The notes under the pieces: generated by a model
Seen by the model: the letters and a program-made list of their open reading frames with translations, nothing else
Told to the model about the DNA's origin: nothing
The model's database searches: none
NCBI RefSeq assembly: GCF_035084215.1
Contig: NW_027139623.1
Span: 2,046,001 to 2,110,000 of the forward strand
Direction: 5' to 3'
Source: Heptranchias perlo
Lineage: Eukaryota
Length of the DNA stretch: 64,000 bases
Part shown: one piece after another, positions 13,000-27,667 of the stretch
Layout: the number at the start of each line of letters is the position of its first letter
How positions within the stretch are numbered: the first letter of the stretch is position 1
Translations under genes and position numbers: made by a program

Positions 13000-15465
13000 T
13001 TGCATACAGGTCCAAAACTCTCATACAGTGTCAGATTGAGAAATGCTGTGACAGCGTCACATGAGAAACAAATTAGATACCAGTTTATAATACACTCATA
13101 GTATGAGATTTAAAGATACAGTATCAATTCTATTCGTGCAGACTGAGATAGACATTACACAGCAGTCCAAAAATGTCACCATATCAGTTTGAAAGATACA
13201 TTATCATTCAAATTTGTGTTCACAGAGATACAGAATTAATCATAGCCCAAAAAGCACACACAAGTTATCTGTTTAAAAATCTCCAGCATCAAATCCTAAA
13301 GTGCATCCATATTTACCAATTAAGTAATGAGAAAAACTATTTAAACATTAAGATAGGAAAGCTACAGTATGGAACGCAATAATATAAACTGAGAGAATAA
13401 TTATACACAGACACAAAATGAATCCCACACTCGCATACCGTACCAGAGACTGACACGTGCAGATGGAATCCCAGACTCTCACACAGTACCAGACACTGAC
13501 AGATACCGAGTTCATCCCACACTCTCATAAAGCACTAGAGACTGACAGGAAAAGTATTAATCCCACACTCACACAAGCTACCTGAGACTGAGAGATACAG
13601 AATGAATCCCAAATGAACATACAGTATGAGAAACTGCATATATGGAAATAATTCAACAAACACACAGTACTAGGGAAGGTATATGCAGAGTGAATCCCAC
13701 ACACAGCACGAGAGAAGGTATATACAGAGTGAGTCCCACACACAGTACTGGAGAAGGTATATACAGAGTGAATCCCACACACAGTACTGGAGAAGGTACA
13801 TACAGAGTGAATCCCACACACAGTACTGGAGAAGGTATATACAGAGTGAATCCCACACACAGTACTGGAGAAGGTATATACAGAGTGAATCCCACACACA
13901 GTACTGGAGAAGGTATATACAGAGTGAATCCCACACACAGAACTAGAGAAGGTATATACAGAGTGAATCCCACACACAGTACTAGAGAATGTATATACAG
14001 AGTGAATCCCACACACAGAACTAGAGAAGGTATATACAGAGTGAATCCCACACACAGTACTAGAGAATGTATATACAGAGTGAATCCCACACACAGAACT
14101 AGAGAAGGTATATACAGAGTGAATCCCACACACAGTACTAGAGAAGGTATATACAGAGTGAATCCCATACACAGTACTAGAGAAGGTATATACAGAGTGA
14201 ATCCCACACACAGTACTAGAGAAGGTATATACAGAGTGAATCCCACACACAGTACTAGAGAATGTATATACAGAGTGAATCCCACACACAGTACTAAAGA
14301 AGGTATATACAGAGTGAATCCCACACACAGTACTAGAGAAGGTATATACAGAGTGAATCCCACACACAGTACTGGAGAAGGTATATACAGAGTGAATCCC
14401 ACAATCACATAGAGTACGAGATTGTGACAGGTACAGAATCTATCCCACACTCACACACAGTACCAGAGACTGAGAGATCCCAAATGAATCTCACAGTCAC
14501 CTACATTAGTACAGGCTGAGTTACACATAACATACCAGTCCAAAAATCTCATAGTGTCAGATTGAAAGATACAGTATCAATTCGATTGGTGCAGACTGAT
14601 CTACACTTTATGAACAACTACAAAAAACTGATACAGATTCAGACTCAGATATACAGTATTCCATTCATGCAGACTGAGCTACACATTATATATAAGTTCA
14701 AAAATGTCACCATATCAGTTTGGAAGAGACACTAAATCTCAATTGTGATCCCATCAATACAGATTTAATAGAAGTCCAAAAAGTGGCCACATTATCTGAT
14801 TATAACCTACCGCATTACATTTTAAAGTGTATCAGTATCTACCAATAAAAGACTGGGAAAAATATTCATACATTAAGGGATTAAAAATAAAGTTTTGAAC
14901 GCCATACTATAAATGGAGATAAAATTTACATAATGATAATGAATGAATCTCACACTCAGATACAGTGCCAGAGACTGACATATACAATGAATCCCACTCA
15001 CACTCAATGATGCTCACACAATGTACCAGTGACTGACAAATCTAGAATAAATTACCACACTCACACACTGTAGCACAGATTGACAGATACAGAATTTATA
15101 TCACTCACATACAGTATCATAAATTCATAGATACGGAATGAATGTCTCACTCACATACATCACCATAGATTGACAGAAACAGAAAAAAACCCTCTCACAC
15201 ACACACAGAACCAGAGACTGACAGATGTAGCATGATTCCAAATTCACACACAGTTCCAGAGACTGACAGGAACAGAATGAATCCCACACTCACAGACAGT
15301 ACCAGAGACTGACAGGAACAGAATGAATCCCACACTCACACACAGTACCAGAGACTGACAGGAACAGAATGAATTCCACACTCACAAACAGTACCAGAGA
15401 TTGATAGACACAGAATGAATCCCACATTCACACACAGTACCAGAGACTGACAGTTACACAATGAT

Positions 15466-15499
<34 letters not shown>

Positions 15500-15870
15500 C
15501 CAGAGAGTGACAGGTACAGAATGAATTCCACACACAGTACCAGAGAATGACAGATACAGAATGAATCCCACACTCACACACAATACCAGAGACTGAGAGA
15601 TACAGAATTAATCACACACTCACACAAAGTACCACCGATTGACAGATACAAAACGAATCTCAGATTCATGTTACTGCAGACTGAGTTACACATCAGATAC
15701 CAGTCCAAAAATCTCAGTGTCAGATTGAAAGATGGAGTATCAATTCCATTCGTGCAGACTGAGCTACATATTATATAAATTTCTAAATACTCATCCAATA
15801 TTATACTGAAACATACAGTATCAATACCATTGGTACAGACTGAGCTATACATTACATACCAGTCCAAATC
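13000..15870. repeat. Composite satellite block (46-bp and ~80-bp units) including a homogeneous 39-bp array at ~13663-14400
   Basis: 39-bp unit acagtactggagaaggtatatacagagtgaatcccacac, ~19 copies; flanking 46-bp units and gtatcaattccatt..gcagactgagctacac units. Confidence 0.88.
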
Positions 15871-15904
15871 ATCAAGGAATATCAAATGAAATATTAAATT
15901 ATTC

Positions 15905-16780
15905 GACAGACACATTAATAAAACAGGGAAAATCAGAATAGCTTGAGTGCCACAAGGGGATGCACAAAACAAACTCACAGGTCACGTCAGTGAAATGCCA
16001 GAAATATTAAATGATAACTTTGCCTCAGTATTGACCCGGGAGATTAACAGGGTGAACATGATATTGGAGGAAGAGGTCAATAAAGAAATCAAGACATTTA
16101 AGTTGAAAGGGTGGTTAAACTCCTGGTCCAGATGGATTGCTTCTGCACATATTAAATGAAGCAAAGGAAGAGATAGCAGAGGCACTGTTACATATATAGA
16201 AAAAATCATCACAAAAAGGAATAGTGCCAGAGGACTGAATGACAGTTAATGTGATTCTTATATTTTAAAACAGGAGATAGAACAAATCCAGGGAACTATA
16301 GACCAGTTAACTAAAGGTCGGTGGTAGGAATGATCATGGAATCCTTTACTCAATGATGCAATAGAAAAACATCTAGAAACCGAAAATATAATAAAGAATA
16401 GTCAGCACGGATTTCAGAAAGGGAAAGTTTAACAGTTTAACAGAAGGTTTGACAGTTTAAATTACAGTTCAACATAACTTATCTGCTTTTCAATTCTATT
16501 CCTCCAGAAATAAACCCCAGTGCTGTGTTTGCTTTCTGTGGCCTCATCAACCTGTGTTGCTACTTTTAATGATTTGTCAATCTGTACCCCTAAATCCCTT
16601 TGCTCTTCTACCCCATTTAAACTCTTATTTTCCAAGCAGTATGTGGCCTCCTTATTCCCCCGAGCAAAATGAACCACCTCACACCTTTCCATATGGAAAT
16701 TCAATGGCCATTTACACCGCCTTTCAGCAAGCTTATTAAATCTTCTTGTATTTTGTTGCATTCTTCCTCAGTATAGGCAA
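15905..16780. mobile_element. Duplicate of the inverted CR1 fragment at 1730-2600
   Basis: Near-identical sequence and the same inversion junction. Confidence 0.8.
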
Positions 16781-17245
16781 TACCCCCAAAATTAATTACA
16801 AGCATTTAACACCGCATTACAACTAACGTTTGTTCGAACAAAATGTTTTCCATTCCCAGTTTTTCTAAATCCCACCCGTGCAATATAATGTGAAGAATGA
16901 GTTTATCTTCTGTCCCTCTCTCATCTGTAAACTTCAATGACCCGGGGTTTGGGGACATCTACTGGCCGGAAGCAGAACTGCAACAGTTCGGAACAAATTG
17001 CTGAAACCGGACAATGTGCAGTGTGAGCGTGTTTGTGATTGGTGGCAGGTATTAAATCTGATTGGATATTTGAAGAATCCAATCAGAGAGTTACAGCTAA
17101 TAATTATTGTGACCTCACTCCCAATGACCCAATCACAATCATTGCCTTCCCCCATCCCTCATTACCATAGGGCTGTGGGGCTGCCTATTTAATCCGAGTT
17201 CGGAGCGGATTTGGGTCATTTCTGGGTCTGAAATTGAGTTTGAAA

Positions 17246-17620
17246 ATGCCTGAGGACAAGAAAGCAGCTCCCAAGAAGGGCGCCAAGAAAACCTTGAGTA
17301 AAGCACCAGCCAAGGGCGGCAAGAAGCGGAGAAAGTCGAGGAAGGAGAGTTACTCCATCTACGTCTACAAAGTGATGAAGCAGGTTCACCCCGACACCGG
17401 CATCTCCTCCAAGGCCATGAGCATCATGAACTCCTTTGTGAACGATATTTTCGAGCGCATCGCGGGTGAAGCTTCCCGCCTGGCTCATTATAATAAACGG
17501 CGCACCATCAGCTCCCGGGAGATCCAGACCGCCGTGCGCCTGCTGCTGCCCGGGGAACTGGCCAAGCACGCCGTGTCGGAAGGGACAAAGGCGGTGACCA
17601 AGTACACCAGCTCCAAGTAA
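17246..17620 (+). CDS. H2B: Histone H2B copy 2 (124 aa)
   Basis: Intact ORF; stem-loop GGCTCTTTTAAGAGCC at 17655-17670. Confidence 0.98.
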   Translation: MPEDKKAAPKKGAKKTLSKAPAKGGKKRRKSRKESYSIYVYKVMKQVHPDTGISSKAMSIMNSFVNDIFERIAGEASRLAHYNKRRTISSREIQTAVRLLLPGELAKHAVSEGTKAVTKYTSSK

Positions 17621-18541
17621 AGCTCCACAATCTATTGGAAAAAATTAACACAAAGGCTCTTTTAAGAGCCACCCAAAGTCTCTCTGAAGACGCTGTAACG
17701 ACACCTCTGCATGGAATCATTTTACTGTAGATAGTTTGATATTAACTGTCTCTCTATAACTCATGTGCTATTGTAATTTCTCTTCAAATCTGGAAGATTC
17801 TCATAATCACTGCCCGTTATAATCTGTGTGTCTCTGTTTTATTTGGTCCCAATAACCAAAAACGTCTCCATAATCCTCTCATTTCCAATCATATTCCGCC
17901 CTTTTCCCCGCGTCTGCACCTTCACAGCCGTTTTAAGGCGGTGGATTAGACTTCAGTCATTTTTTTCTCCTTTTCACGTTTGTTTGTTCATTATTCGGGA
18001 ATATCACTTTCAGAACCGCAATCCTTTGTAAAACAGCAACCCTGAAAGCGACTTCACACCGAGGACAGAATAGTCTAAAGGCTCTGTCACTGTTCGACTT
18101 CTTACACCAGGAGTCTCGGCTCCGGTTTCGATCGCGCTGCAGCTCCTGTGAACAGGGATCAATCCACAATCTGTCCCGTTACAAAATGGGACTTTATTGG
18201 AGCCCGATTGAAAGCGAACGGTGAATGAAGCCGGATTTTAACCGGATTGTAAAAGATTCTGGAAGTTGTGATGGGAAATGTGGAACAACAGAGTAAAAGG
18301 AGAGAGATTTTTAAATCTTTGTCTTAAGGCGAGTTTTTTTTCCTAAATCCGCTTCTTGTGTCACAGATATGTTGGCGGGCTTTTCAAATTTCAAAAAAAC
18401 GGTATTTTCGCCTTTTCTCATTGCCGGCTGTTGATTGGTGAATGAAACAGCTCTCTGAAAGGGCTATCCGTTGAACCAATGAGATTGAGGACAGATGGAC
18501 CAATCACAATTGCCCCCACTGTTCTCCTCCAGAAGGTATAA

Positions 18542-18991
<450 letters not shown>

Positions 18992-19159
18992 AGCGGCCAA
19001 GATTTAATCTGATAACCCAAAGGCTCTTTTCAGAGCCACCCACTGTATCTGTGAAAGGGCTGGTTACTGTCTGAAGAGACTGACCTATTGATTACAGTTA
19101 TCCCCGGTCTACGTTAATATATTACATCACGACTGCGGGTAAAGGAATGGGAGCCAATG

Positions 19160-19470
19160 TAAGTCACCGAGCACATGGGTGATAGGTGAACGGGTCTTGG
19201 TGCGAGTTGGGATAGGGGAACGGAGTTTTGGAGGAGTTGAAGATTTCAGAGGGCGTAAAATAGGAGGCTGACCAGGAGAGCATCGGAAGAGCCAAGTCTG
19301 GAGGTAACAAGGGCGTGGATGCGGGTTTCAGCACCAGAACAGCTGAGGCGGGGGGCGGTAGACACGCGATGTTTCGGGGGTGGAATTTGGCGGTCTTGGT
19401 GGTGGAGCGGAAATGGGATCAGATGCTTATCTCAGGGTCAAATTGGACGCTAAGGTTGCGAAGTTCAAGA
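19160..19470 (-). mobile_element. L2-type LINE fragment
   Basis: Minus strand encodes AETRIHALVTSRL...ALL-like L2 ORF2 C-terminal motif. Confidence 0.6.
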
Positions 19471-20116
19471 TTCCGCTTCACACAGTGGCTAAGGACAAGT
19501 CTCTGTCCATCCCGGTCCCTGAATCCAGTCCCCACACAGGATAATTCTCCATCCATCCCGGTGCCTGAATCTATCCAGTCCCACACTGACCCAAGCACGG
19601 AAAGGTATCGGGTGCCTTCCACACCGATTTATGTTTATTGAACTATTGGGCGCCTTCTGTCAGCTACAAATCTGAAAACTAAAACTCCCTCTTCCAACGG
19701 TCCCGGAGCGGCACTGATTGATTCTGTTATGATAGTGATTGTATTGGAACTGTAGTGTGCCTCATTTATTGAATTTAAATTGTATTTTCCGCCTTTTTTC
19801 CCCAGAAATCCTTGAATATTAAGCCGGAGTCTGTCAGGATTGTGTCTGAATTTATATTTCGCATTTGATGCTGGTGAAAATTTTATAAATACGGTAACTG
19901 ATTCCTGGAGGCGGAGCTTGAAGTTTCACGTCAGCTTGTCCGTCATTCTGAGCCAGTCTCCTTCCCTCCCGCACTTCATGCTCTGTCTGTCATTCAAACA
20001 CTCCTCCCCGATCTCTCCGATAATGTGCCTTTCTCAACCAGGTCGGGGCGGGCTTTATAAATAGAGAAGAAAGGCGAGAGTTTTTCATTCAGCGGCGATC
20101 TGAGCGAAGAATCATC

Positions 20117-20660
<544 letters not shown>

Positions 20661-21989
20661 ACAACTCGACACTTTCAAACCGAACACAAAACAAAGGCTC
20701 TTCTAAGAGCCACCCACCGCCTCACAGAGAGAGCACTGACCTGGGAACTGGTGCGGGATATATGGGGCTCGGGAATAGTTTTATAATTAGGGAGTTTTCT
20801 GGAACACACAGTACGGTGACGTGGGATCGGCGGCGTGCTGCACCGGTTACTGAGAGGAAAATTTCCCTTAATGAGTGCACTGAATTGTCCAGGGAACGTT
20901 ACAAGTGAGTTTACCCGGACCTGCATTTCCCCCCTCAGTGAAATGCTCCTTCACTCCATTCGCTCTGTTTTGGTTCTATTTATCAGTCAGATGTTGTGAT
21001 GTGGGACCGGGGGTTTCCATGGGAGAACAGGTTATGCTGAGCCGCTGTGATAAGGGTCCAGCTTGTGATATGGATTTTCCCTCTGACGGTTGTTTCTGAC
21101 ACTGATACTGAGAGGGTTTGTGAAATTGAACCGTTTGAGCTCAGTCATTGGGGACCTGGAATTACCACAGGCCCAACTCTCAAAGCCCGCTCCAAACTGA
21201 GGCTACTTCTCATTGGTTGCTTTGCTTGAAAACTAATTTCCTTAACCAATCGGAGAGACGTCAATAAGAAAACAGAGCAAATTATTGGCCAGAATTGACC
21301 GATTTTTTAAAATTTGAAAAAGGCCGCCAATTTCAGTGAATGAAATCAGTGAATTACTCGGACATGTCGTTTTCAGACAAAGACTTAAAATCTCTTTGTA
21401 ATAATGTTATTCCGTATTACACGTCCCAGATTCCTAGCGCTGTTTAAAAACACATTGTCCATAACTTGCGGAATAAAACCCCATTCATAGATTGCTGATA
21501 TGGACAAATTTCACTTCTACCTGTAAAAATAACAAATTCCAGGTTATCGATTGATTCCGTTGCAGGGACTGAACAGGAGCCGTGTGTCCTGAAAACGGAA
21601 TCATTGACGAAGCCTGAAAATGAGCCTGTTCTTTTCCCCGAGGCGTTCATTCTGGATTGTTACACTGCGGGGAACGTGCTGCTAATATGTGGGATATTAA
21701 CATCAGTAATTAATTATTTCAGAGACTGGCTGCGCAGTGAGAAAGAGGAAGGAACTGAATTCTGATTCTTAGCCCTGAAAGTGGTGGTTAACGGGAAAAC
21801 CGGGGGCGGTGTAAATCTGAATGAGAGCGAGAGCAAAGCAAAAGGGAATTGAACGGACCCCGGACCCGTCTTCACTTTATTGGGTCGTAAATTCTACAGA
21901 GACAAACATTAAAATGGGGCAGTTTGACTGACTTTCTTTCAATTTCCCCACCAGATTCAAAGGATGATGGCCGAGTAAAGCAGCAATTC

Positions 21990-22850
21990 TGAATTTGTCA
22001 GTCTCAGGTCCTATGTGTGAGTGTGGGATTCATTCTTTATCTGTCAGTCTCTGGTACTGTGTGTGAGTGTGGGATTCATTCTGTATCTGTCAGTCTCTGG
22101 TACTGTGTGTGAGTGTGGGATTCATTCTGTATCTGTCAGTCTCTGGTACTGTGTGTGAGTGTGGGATTCATTCTGTATCTGTCAGTCTCTGGTACTGTGT
22201 GTGAGTGTGGGATTTATTCTGTATCTGTCAGTCTCTGGTACTGTGTGTGAGTGTGGGATTCATCGTGTATCTCTCACTCTCTGGTACAGTGTGAGAATCT
22301 GGGGATTCATTGGGGATCTGTCAGTCTCTGGAACAGGACACAAGTCAGGATTAATTCCTTGTCTGTATTTTAATTGGAACTCAGTTTCCAGTTTGGTGTT
22401 TTAAACTCTCTCCTTTATATATATACCTATAAATAGTTTTCCCCTTAGAAGTTAATTTTTTTAATATTGTGCACATTGGAATTTCTTGCTGCTGGTTTTA
22501 ATGAGAAAAGCTGTGTACCCTTTGGACTGATATTAAACCTGTATCACAGCAAACACTAATGGAATTGATACTGGATCTCAGTCTCACACTGAGATTTTTG
22601 GATTGCTATGTAATGTGTAGCTCAGTCTGCACTAATGGAATTGATACTGTTTCTTTCAGTCTGATACTGAGAGATTTTTGGATTGCCATGTAATATGTAG
22701 CTTAATCTGCACTTATGGAATTGATACTGTATCTTTCAGTCTGATACTGAGAGATTTTTGAATTGCTATGTAATGTGTGGCTCAGTCTGCACTAATGGAA
22801 TTGATACTGTATCTTTCAGGGTGTCAGTGTGAGAGACTTTAGCACTTCTC
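21990..22850. repeat. 46-bp array followed by ~80-bp array
   Basis: gtgtgggattcattctgtatctgtcagtctctggtactgtgtgtga tandem, then gctcagtctgcactaatggaattgatactg units 80 bp apart. Confidence 0.88.
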
Positions 22851-23716
22851 CGTAATGTGTTGCTCTGGGTCTAATCGATTTGAAATTGTAACTTTCAGTT
22901 TCATAAAATGGGTGAGTTCTGAACTGGTATCTGATTTTGTTTCTCAGGTTATACTATCTTTCAGCATCTCTCACTCTGATACTGTATGTGAGTTTTGGAC
23001 TTGTCTGTCATTTGTATCTCAGGTTACAGAATTGGGATGGATACTGCGTCTTTTAATATCATAATGTGTGTGAGTTCTACTCGTTATTTGAGATGAATCT
23101 TGGTTTACATTATTGGGACTAATGTTGTATCTTTCAATCGGGCACCGTGTGTCAGTTCTATTTGTTATTTAATTTCTAGCTTTGGCTGCACTATTGTGAA
23201 ATTGACACAGTGCCTTTCAATCTGATGGTGGTGTGATATTGGACTGGGATTTATGGATCTCCCTGGCAGTTGTACTGAGTTGGGGTGAAATAGAAACAAC
23301 ATCTGCCTCTCCTCCTCTGACTGTTGAATTGAAAGTGTGTCTGTGGTACTTGGGATCAGTGTGGGACTGACTATTTCGACTGTCTTAGATTGTGGAACGG
23401 ATGACCTATCTGTGTCTCTGTGCTCTGTGAGTTATAATGTACCTACCGTGTGTGAGCAGGAGATGGCTGCCCTGTTCCTTGTGCCTCCGGTGATGGAAAC
23501 ATCACATTTTTTTCTGGCTCCTTAAAATATTTGCCTGTAGAAAGAAAAAGTATGTCTTGTAACTCAAGAACAGGTGAGGTAGAAAATACAAAAGTGATCA
23601 GTTTAATATCTCTGATAGTGAACATTTTGAATATCCACAAATGAAATCCAATGATACAAACAGTGTCAGTGTCCGACTCCACTGAATTACTGCAGCACTC
23701 AGCTTCTGCACACCAT

Positions 23717-23985
23717 AGAAACAAGGAAAATAGGAGCAAGAGTAGGCCATTCGGCCCTTCGGACCTGCTCCACCATTCAAAATGATCATGGCTGATCGTC
23801 CAACTCAGTACCCTGTTCCTGCTTTTTCCCCATTTCCCTTGATCCCTTTAGCATTAATAAATATATCTATCTCCTTCTTGAATATATTTAATGACTTGGC
23901 CTCCACAGCCTTCTGTGGTAGAGAATTCCACAGGTTCACCACCCTCTGAGTGAAGAAATTTCTCCTCATCTCGGTTCTAAATGTG
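23717..23985 (-). mobile_element. CR1/HER1-type LINE 3' end inserted into one duplicon copy
   Basis: catagaaac..taggagcaagagtaggccattcggccc; interrupts cagcttctgcacaccaggtgtg, which is contiguous at ~33111-33130. Confidence 0.7.
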
Positions 23986-26063
23986 CCAGGTGTGTTGAGC
24001 TGTTTTAAAACAATTTAGTGACATCCAGACACAATCCAGCCCCTTCACTGATCCATGAATGGGACTACCCGATGGGGCAGGGACCTTTGCACAAGTCAGG
24101 TTTCTAATCCCCTCTCGGTTTCTCTCAGTATCTTTTGATGATAAAGAGCCTTTCGGAGATAAAGTGGGCGGCTGTGAAATGAGCCAATGGCTTCTGTTCA
24201 TTCTTGGCCGCTCCACTGACAAAACTTACGTTTGACTTAGTAACTGGAGGGAGGATTTCTCAAACCAATCCTGGAGAAACAGGGGAGAAAGTAGGAGTTG
24301 TTGTCTTTGCTGGGACCGTGTAAGATTAATATCTGACGGCAACAGTCCCAGATTAATATAATCAGAGTGAAACTCTCCGTCACTGAGAGTAATACCAATT
24401 GGCCCTCAGCTGCAAGATTGCAAAGGGTACAACATGCAAGAGAGGGTTAAATGTGTGACACTGTCCCTGAGAGTGGGATTAATAATGTGTCTGTCTCTGA
24501 AATAATATCAGTGAGATATGAGACTGCATCTTCTGTCACTCCACAGTGGATTAGCAATTGGAACGGAATAATTTCCAATGTGTTACTGGGTGAAAACGGG
24601 ACATTACAGGTCAGTTTCTCTCTCTTTTTCTACTGTATATGAAGGAGGGATACTGTTATTGAACGTGATACAGGCAAACTGATAGGAAGCGTAAGGCTGA
24701 TAATATGTCTGTCTGTATCTCTCTCTCTAGCGCTGTACATGAAGGTGGGATACTGTTACTGAGCGTGCAACGGACATACTGATGGGAAGTGCGAGACTGA
24801 TATTGTGTCTTTCTGAGTGTGTCTCTGTTTGTCTGTTTATCTGTCTGTCTGTATTTCTCTCTCTCTTGTGCTGTACATGAAGTTGTCATACTGTTACTGA
24901 GCGCAATAAATACACGCTGATAGAAAGTGAAAGATTGATTCTGTGTCTGTGTGCTGATTTTGAGACGGTCACCGTCCGTTCTATTTTGCATCAGCCGGTC
25001 TGGCGGTGCATTTATCTGCATCCAATCCTGTAACGAAAGGTCGACTAAGACAGCCTGTAACTGACTGACACTGGACTGTCTGTGAGTGTTGAATTTGTTC
25101 AGTAACGAGCCGTCTCTGGGTGTTGAGAATCGGACGGATAGGACACCAGTTACTATTATCTGTCAGTCAGTTTAGGAGGAGAGAGAAACACAGAGAGACT
25201 GGAGGAGCCCAGAGCGGATAATTTGTATTTTCATCGAAACCAAACATATTTCTGTGTGCCAACAATATAATCCTGTAAAACCAGATATGGATAATCACAT
25301 CCACAGCTGTGATTGACTCCTGTCCCTGAAACTGGGGACCAGACACTGTGGGGAGCGCCGGCCTCAGAGTGTTTAACAGTTACTGAGCTGGGAAACGACA
25401 ACGAACCCCCGAGAATCTGCAGCACAGGCCGAGCGGGGAGGAAAGCCTGTCCCGGGAATTGTCAATCTGGCGAACAGTTTGTCCTGTGAATGTGAAGATG
25501 TGAACATTGTGTCAGAGAGAGTGTGTTAAAGGGGCGGGCGGGTTAGATTAATGTCACTGTGTTTGTGTGGCCGGTCTCATCGCCGGATTTCCAAGTCTAT
25601 TTTGAGTAAAATTTAAATAAATCCCTGTCAAAGGATCGCCCTCCTCCCCTTGCCGAGCTCTGAAGTGGAAATTTAAGGTAAAGTTTGAGTTCAATTCAAG
25701 ATTTCAGCCGAAAAACGGAGATCATGTCAGCGATCGGGTGAGAGAGCGCGATCAGTGCATCAATGAAACGGGTTTAAATCGAAACTGGTGCTTTTAATTC
25801 GGGTGAAAGTTTTTCGACAGCAAACATACCGGTGTTAGAGATAGGAAGGGGCTAGTCTGGGACTCTGGAGTGCCCGATTTGAATTGGAATCGGGGAGTTC
25901 AAGAGGAAAGAGAAACACAGAGAGGCTGGAGGGGCCGGGAGCTGACAGCAGGATGTCTCCGCCCCGTCCGCTCTGTGCCTTTAAGTTGCTCTGTGCCGCC
26001 GCCTCTCGTTTCATTTCTGACCCAGCTCTGATTGTCAGAGAGATTTTCGACAGAGTCCCGGAC

Positions 26064-26681
26064 ATGACAGACACTGCAGCCGCCGAAACGGCACCTCCTG
26101 CCGCCGCCGCCGCTCCACCCAAGGCTCCCAAGAAGAAGAAGGCGGTTCCCAAACCCAAGTCCACCGGTCCCGCGTTGGGCGAACAGATCCTCAAGATTGT
26201 GGGGGATTGCAAGGATCGCAAGGGGATATCCCTGGCCGCGATAAAGAAGGTTCTGGCTACCAAAGGCCTGGATGTGGAGAAGCTCCGGTCCCAGATCAAA
26301 TTAAGTATCAAGAGAAATGTGGAAAAAGGCTCCCTGGTGCAGATCAAGGGCACGGGCGCCTCGGGCTCCTTCAGAGTCGCTAAGAAGGAAACCCAGGCAA
26401 AAGTGGTAAAGAAGGTGAAGAAACAAGTGACCAAGAAATCTCCCGGAAAGAAACCAGCGGCCAAAAAAACAGCCGTCAAGAAATTAACGGCCAAGAAACC
26501 AGCGGTCAAGAAATCGACCATGAAAAAGGCGGCGAAATCACCAATTAAGAAGAAAGCGGCGGCGAAGAAGCCCAAGACCCCCAAGACAGTGAAGGCGAAG
26601 GCGAAGAAGGTGGAAAAGCCGAGGGCCAAGCCCAAGCCGAAGTCAGCAAAGCCTAAGAAAGCAGCGGGCAAAAAGAAGTAA
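26064..26681 (+). CDS. H1: Linker histone H1 copy 2 (205 aa)
   Basis: Inverted paralog of 8750-9364; stem-loop at 26718-26733 and AAAAGAGCTG downstream. Confidence 0.95.
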   Translation: MTDTAAAETAPPAAAAAPPKAPKKKKAVPKPKSTGPALGEQILKIVGDCKDRKGISLAAIKKVLATKGLDVEKLRSQIKLSIKRNVEKGSLVQIKGTGASGSFRVAKKETQAKVVKKVKKQVTKKSPGKKPAAKKTAVKKLTAKKPAVKKSTMKKAAKSPIKKKAAAKKPKTPKTVKAKAKKVEKPRAKPKPKSAKPKKAAGKKK

Positions 26682-27391
26682 AAAAGCAAGTGCAACTTTT
26701 GACCATCTGAACCCAACGGCTCTTCTCAGAGCCACCCACGTCTCTCAGAAAAGAGCTGATCCCGGAATCAGATGATTCCTGTCCCGGGGCCGGGCTCAGA
26801 TTTCAGATAGAAATCATTTCAAATAAACCCAGGGTCCTGGTGACTCGCTGACATTCGCTATCCGCGCCCCACCCCCACTGTCTGAAATAAAATAGAGAGA
26901 ATGGGATGTCCGGGCCGGGCCTCACTGGAACTGGCGTGTGTTCGGCTCCAGTCCCAGTTCATTTATTCTCACAGATTCAGGGCGAGAGTCTGTGACAGGG
27001 TAAAACTGGCGGAGATCCGCCGCTATCACAATTCAAACCCCAACACATGAGATTCTTCAAATCAACTGGAATAAAGTGTTTGTAAACTGCTGAACCCGTC
27101 TGGGAGGGGATGTGTGGGGAGATCGAATCGGGTCTGGGACTGAAATGGAAGGAGGCGGGTGACTTGTTATAGAAGGGACTGTATTTAGGCAGGAATATTA
27201 CTGACTATTGATTGTAACGGGGTTTATTGAAAAGCTCCGGGATTCTATGAAGCCCGAGTCTGTAAGGGTTTGTGCGGAGCGCTGTGTTTCGGTTCTATTA
27301 TCGATAAACGGTTTGAAATTGGCGTGTGGAGAAAGCTGGAGGTGGAGCTGGAAGATCAGAGGCCGCTCTCCGCTCTGTCCGTCACTCTGAC

Positions 27392-27530
27392 TGTCTCCTC
27401 CCCTCCCTGTTTAATATCTCACTCTGTCTCCTCCCCTCCCTGTTAAATATCTCACTCTGTCTCCTCCCCTCCCTGTTTAATATCTCACTCTGTCTCCTCT
27501 CCTCCCTGTTTAATATCTCACTCTGTCTCC
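27392..27530. repeat. 33-bp minisatellite (~4 copies) upstream of the H4 remnant
   Basis: Reverse complement of the 7778-8020 unit. Confidence 0.88.
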
Positions 27531-27644
27531 CCCCCTTCCTCTCTCTCCCTGTGCCTGTTTCAGTCAGGTCGGGGCAGGCTGCATAAAAAAGGAACCAGCA
27601 TCAGTTCTTTAATAATTCATCAGCAAATTAAGTGAAGAATCATA

Positions 27645-27667
27645 ATGTCTGGCAGAGGTAAAGGAGG
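27645..27667 (+). pseudogene. H4: H4 remnant: first 23 nt only; body and stem-loop deleted
   Basis: ATGTCTGGCAGAGGTAAAGGAGG fused to tctcacagagagagcattgacc, which lies 3' of the stem-loop in the intact H4; about 350 bp missing. Confidence 0.88.

Noticed and set aside
13525-14450. Long ORFs (256-280 aa) on both strands
   Set aside because: Translations of a 39-bp stop-poor tandem repeat.
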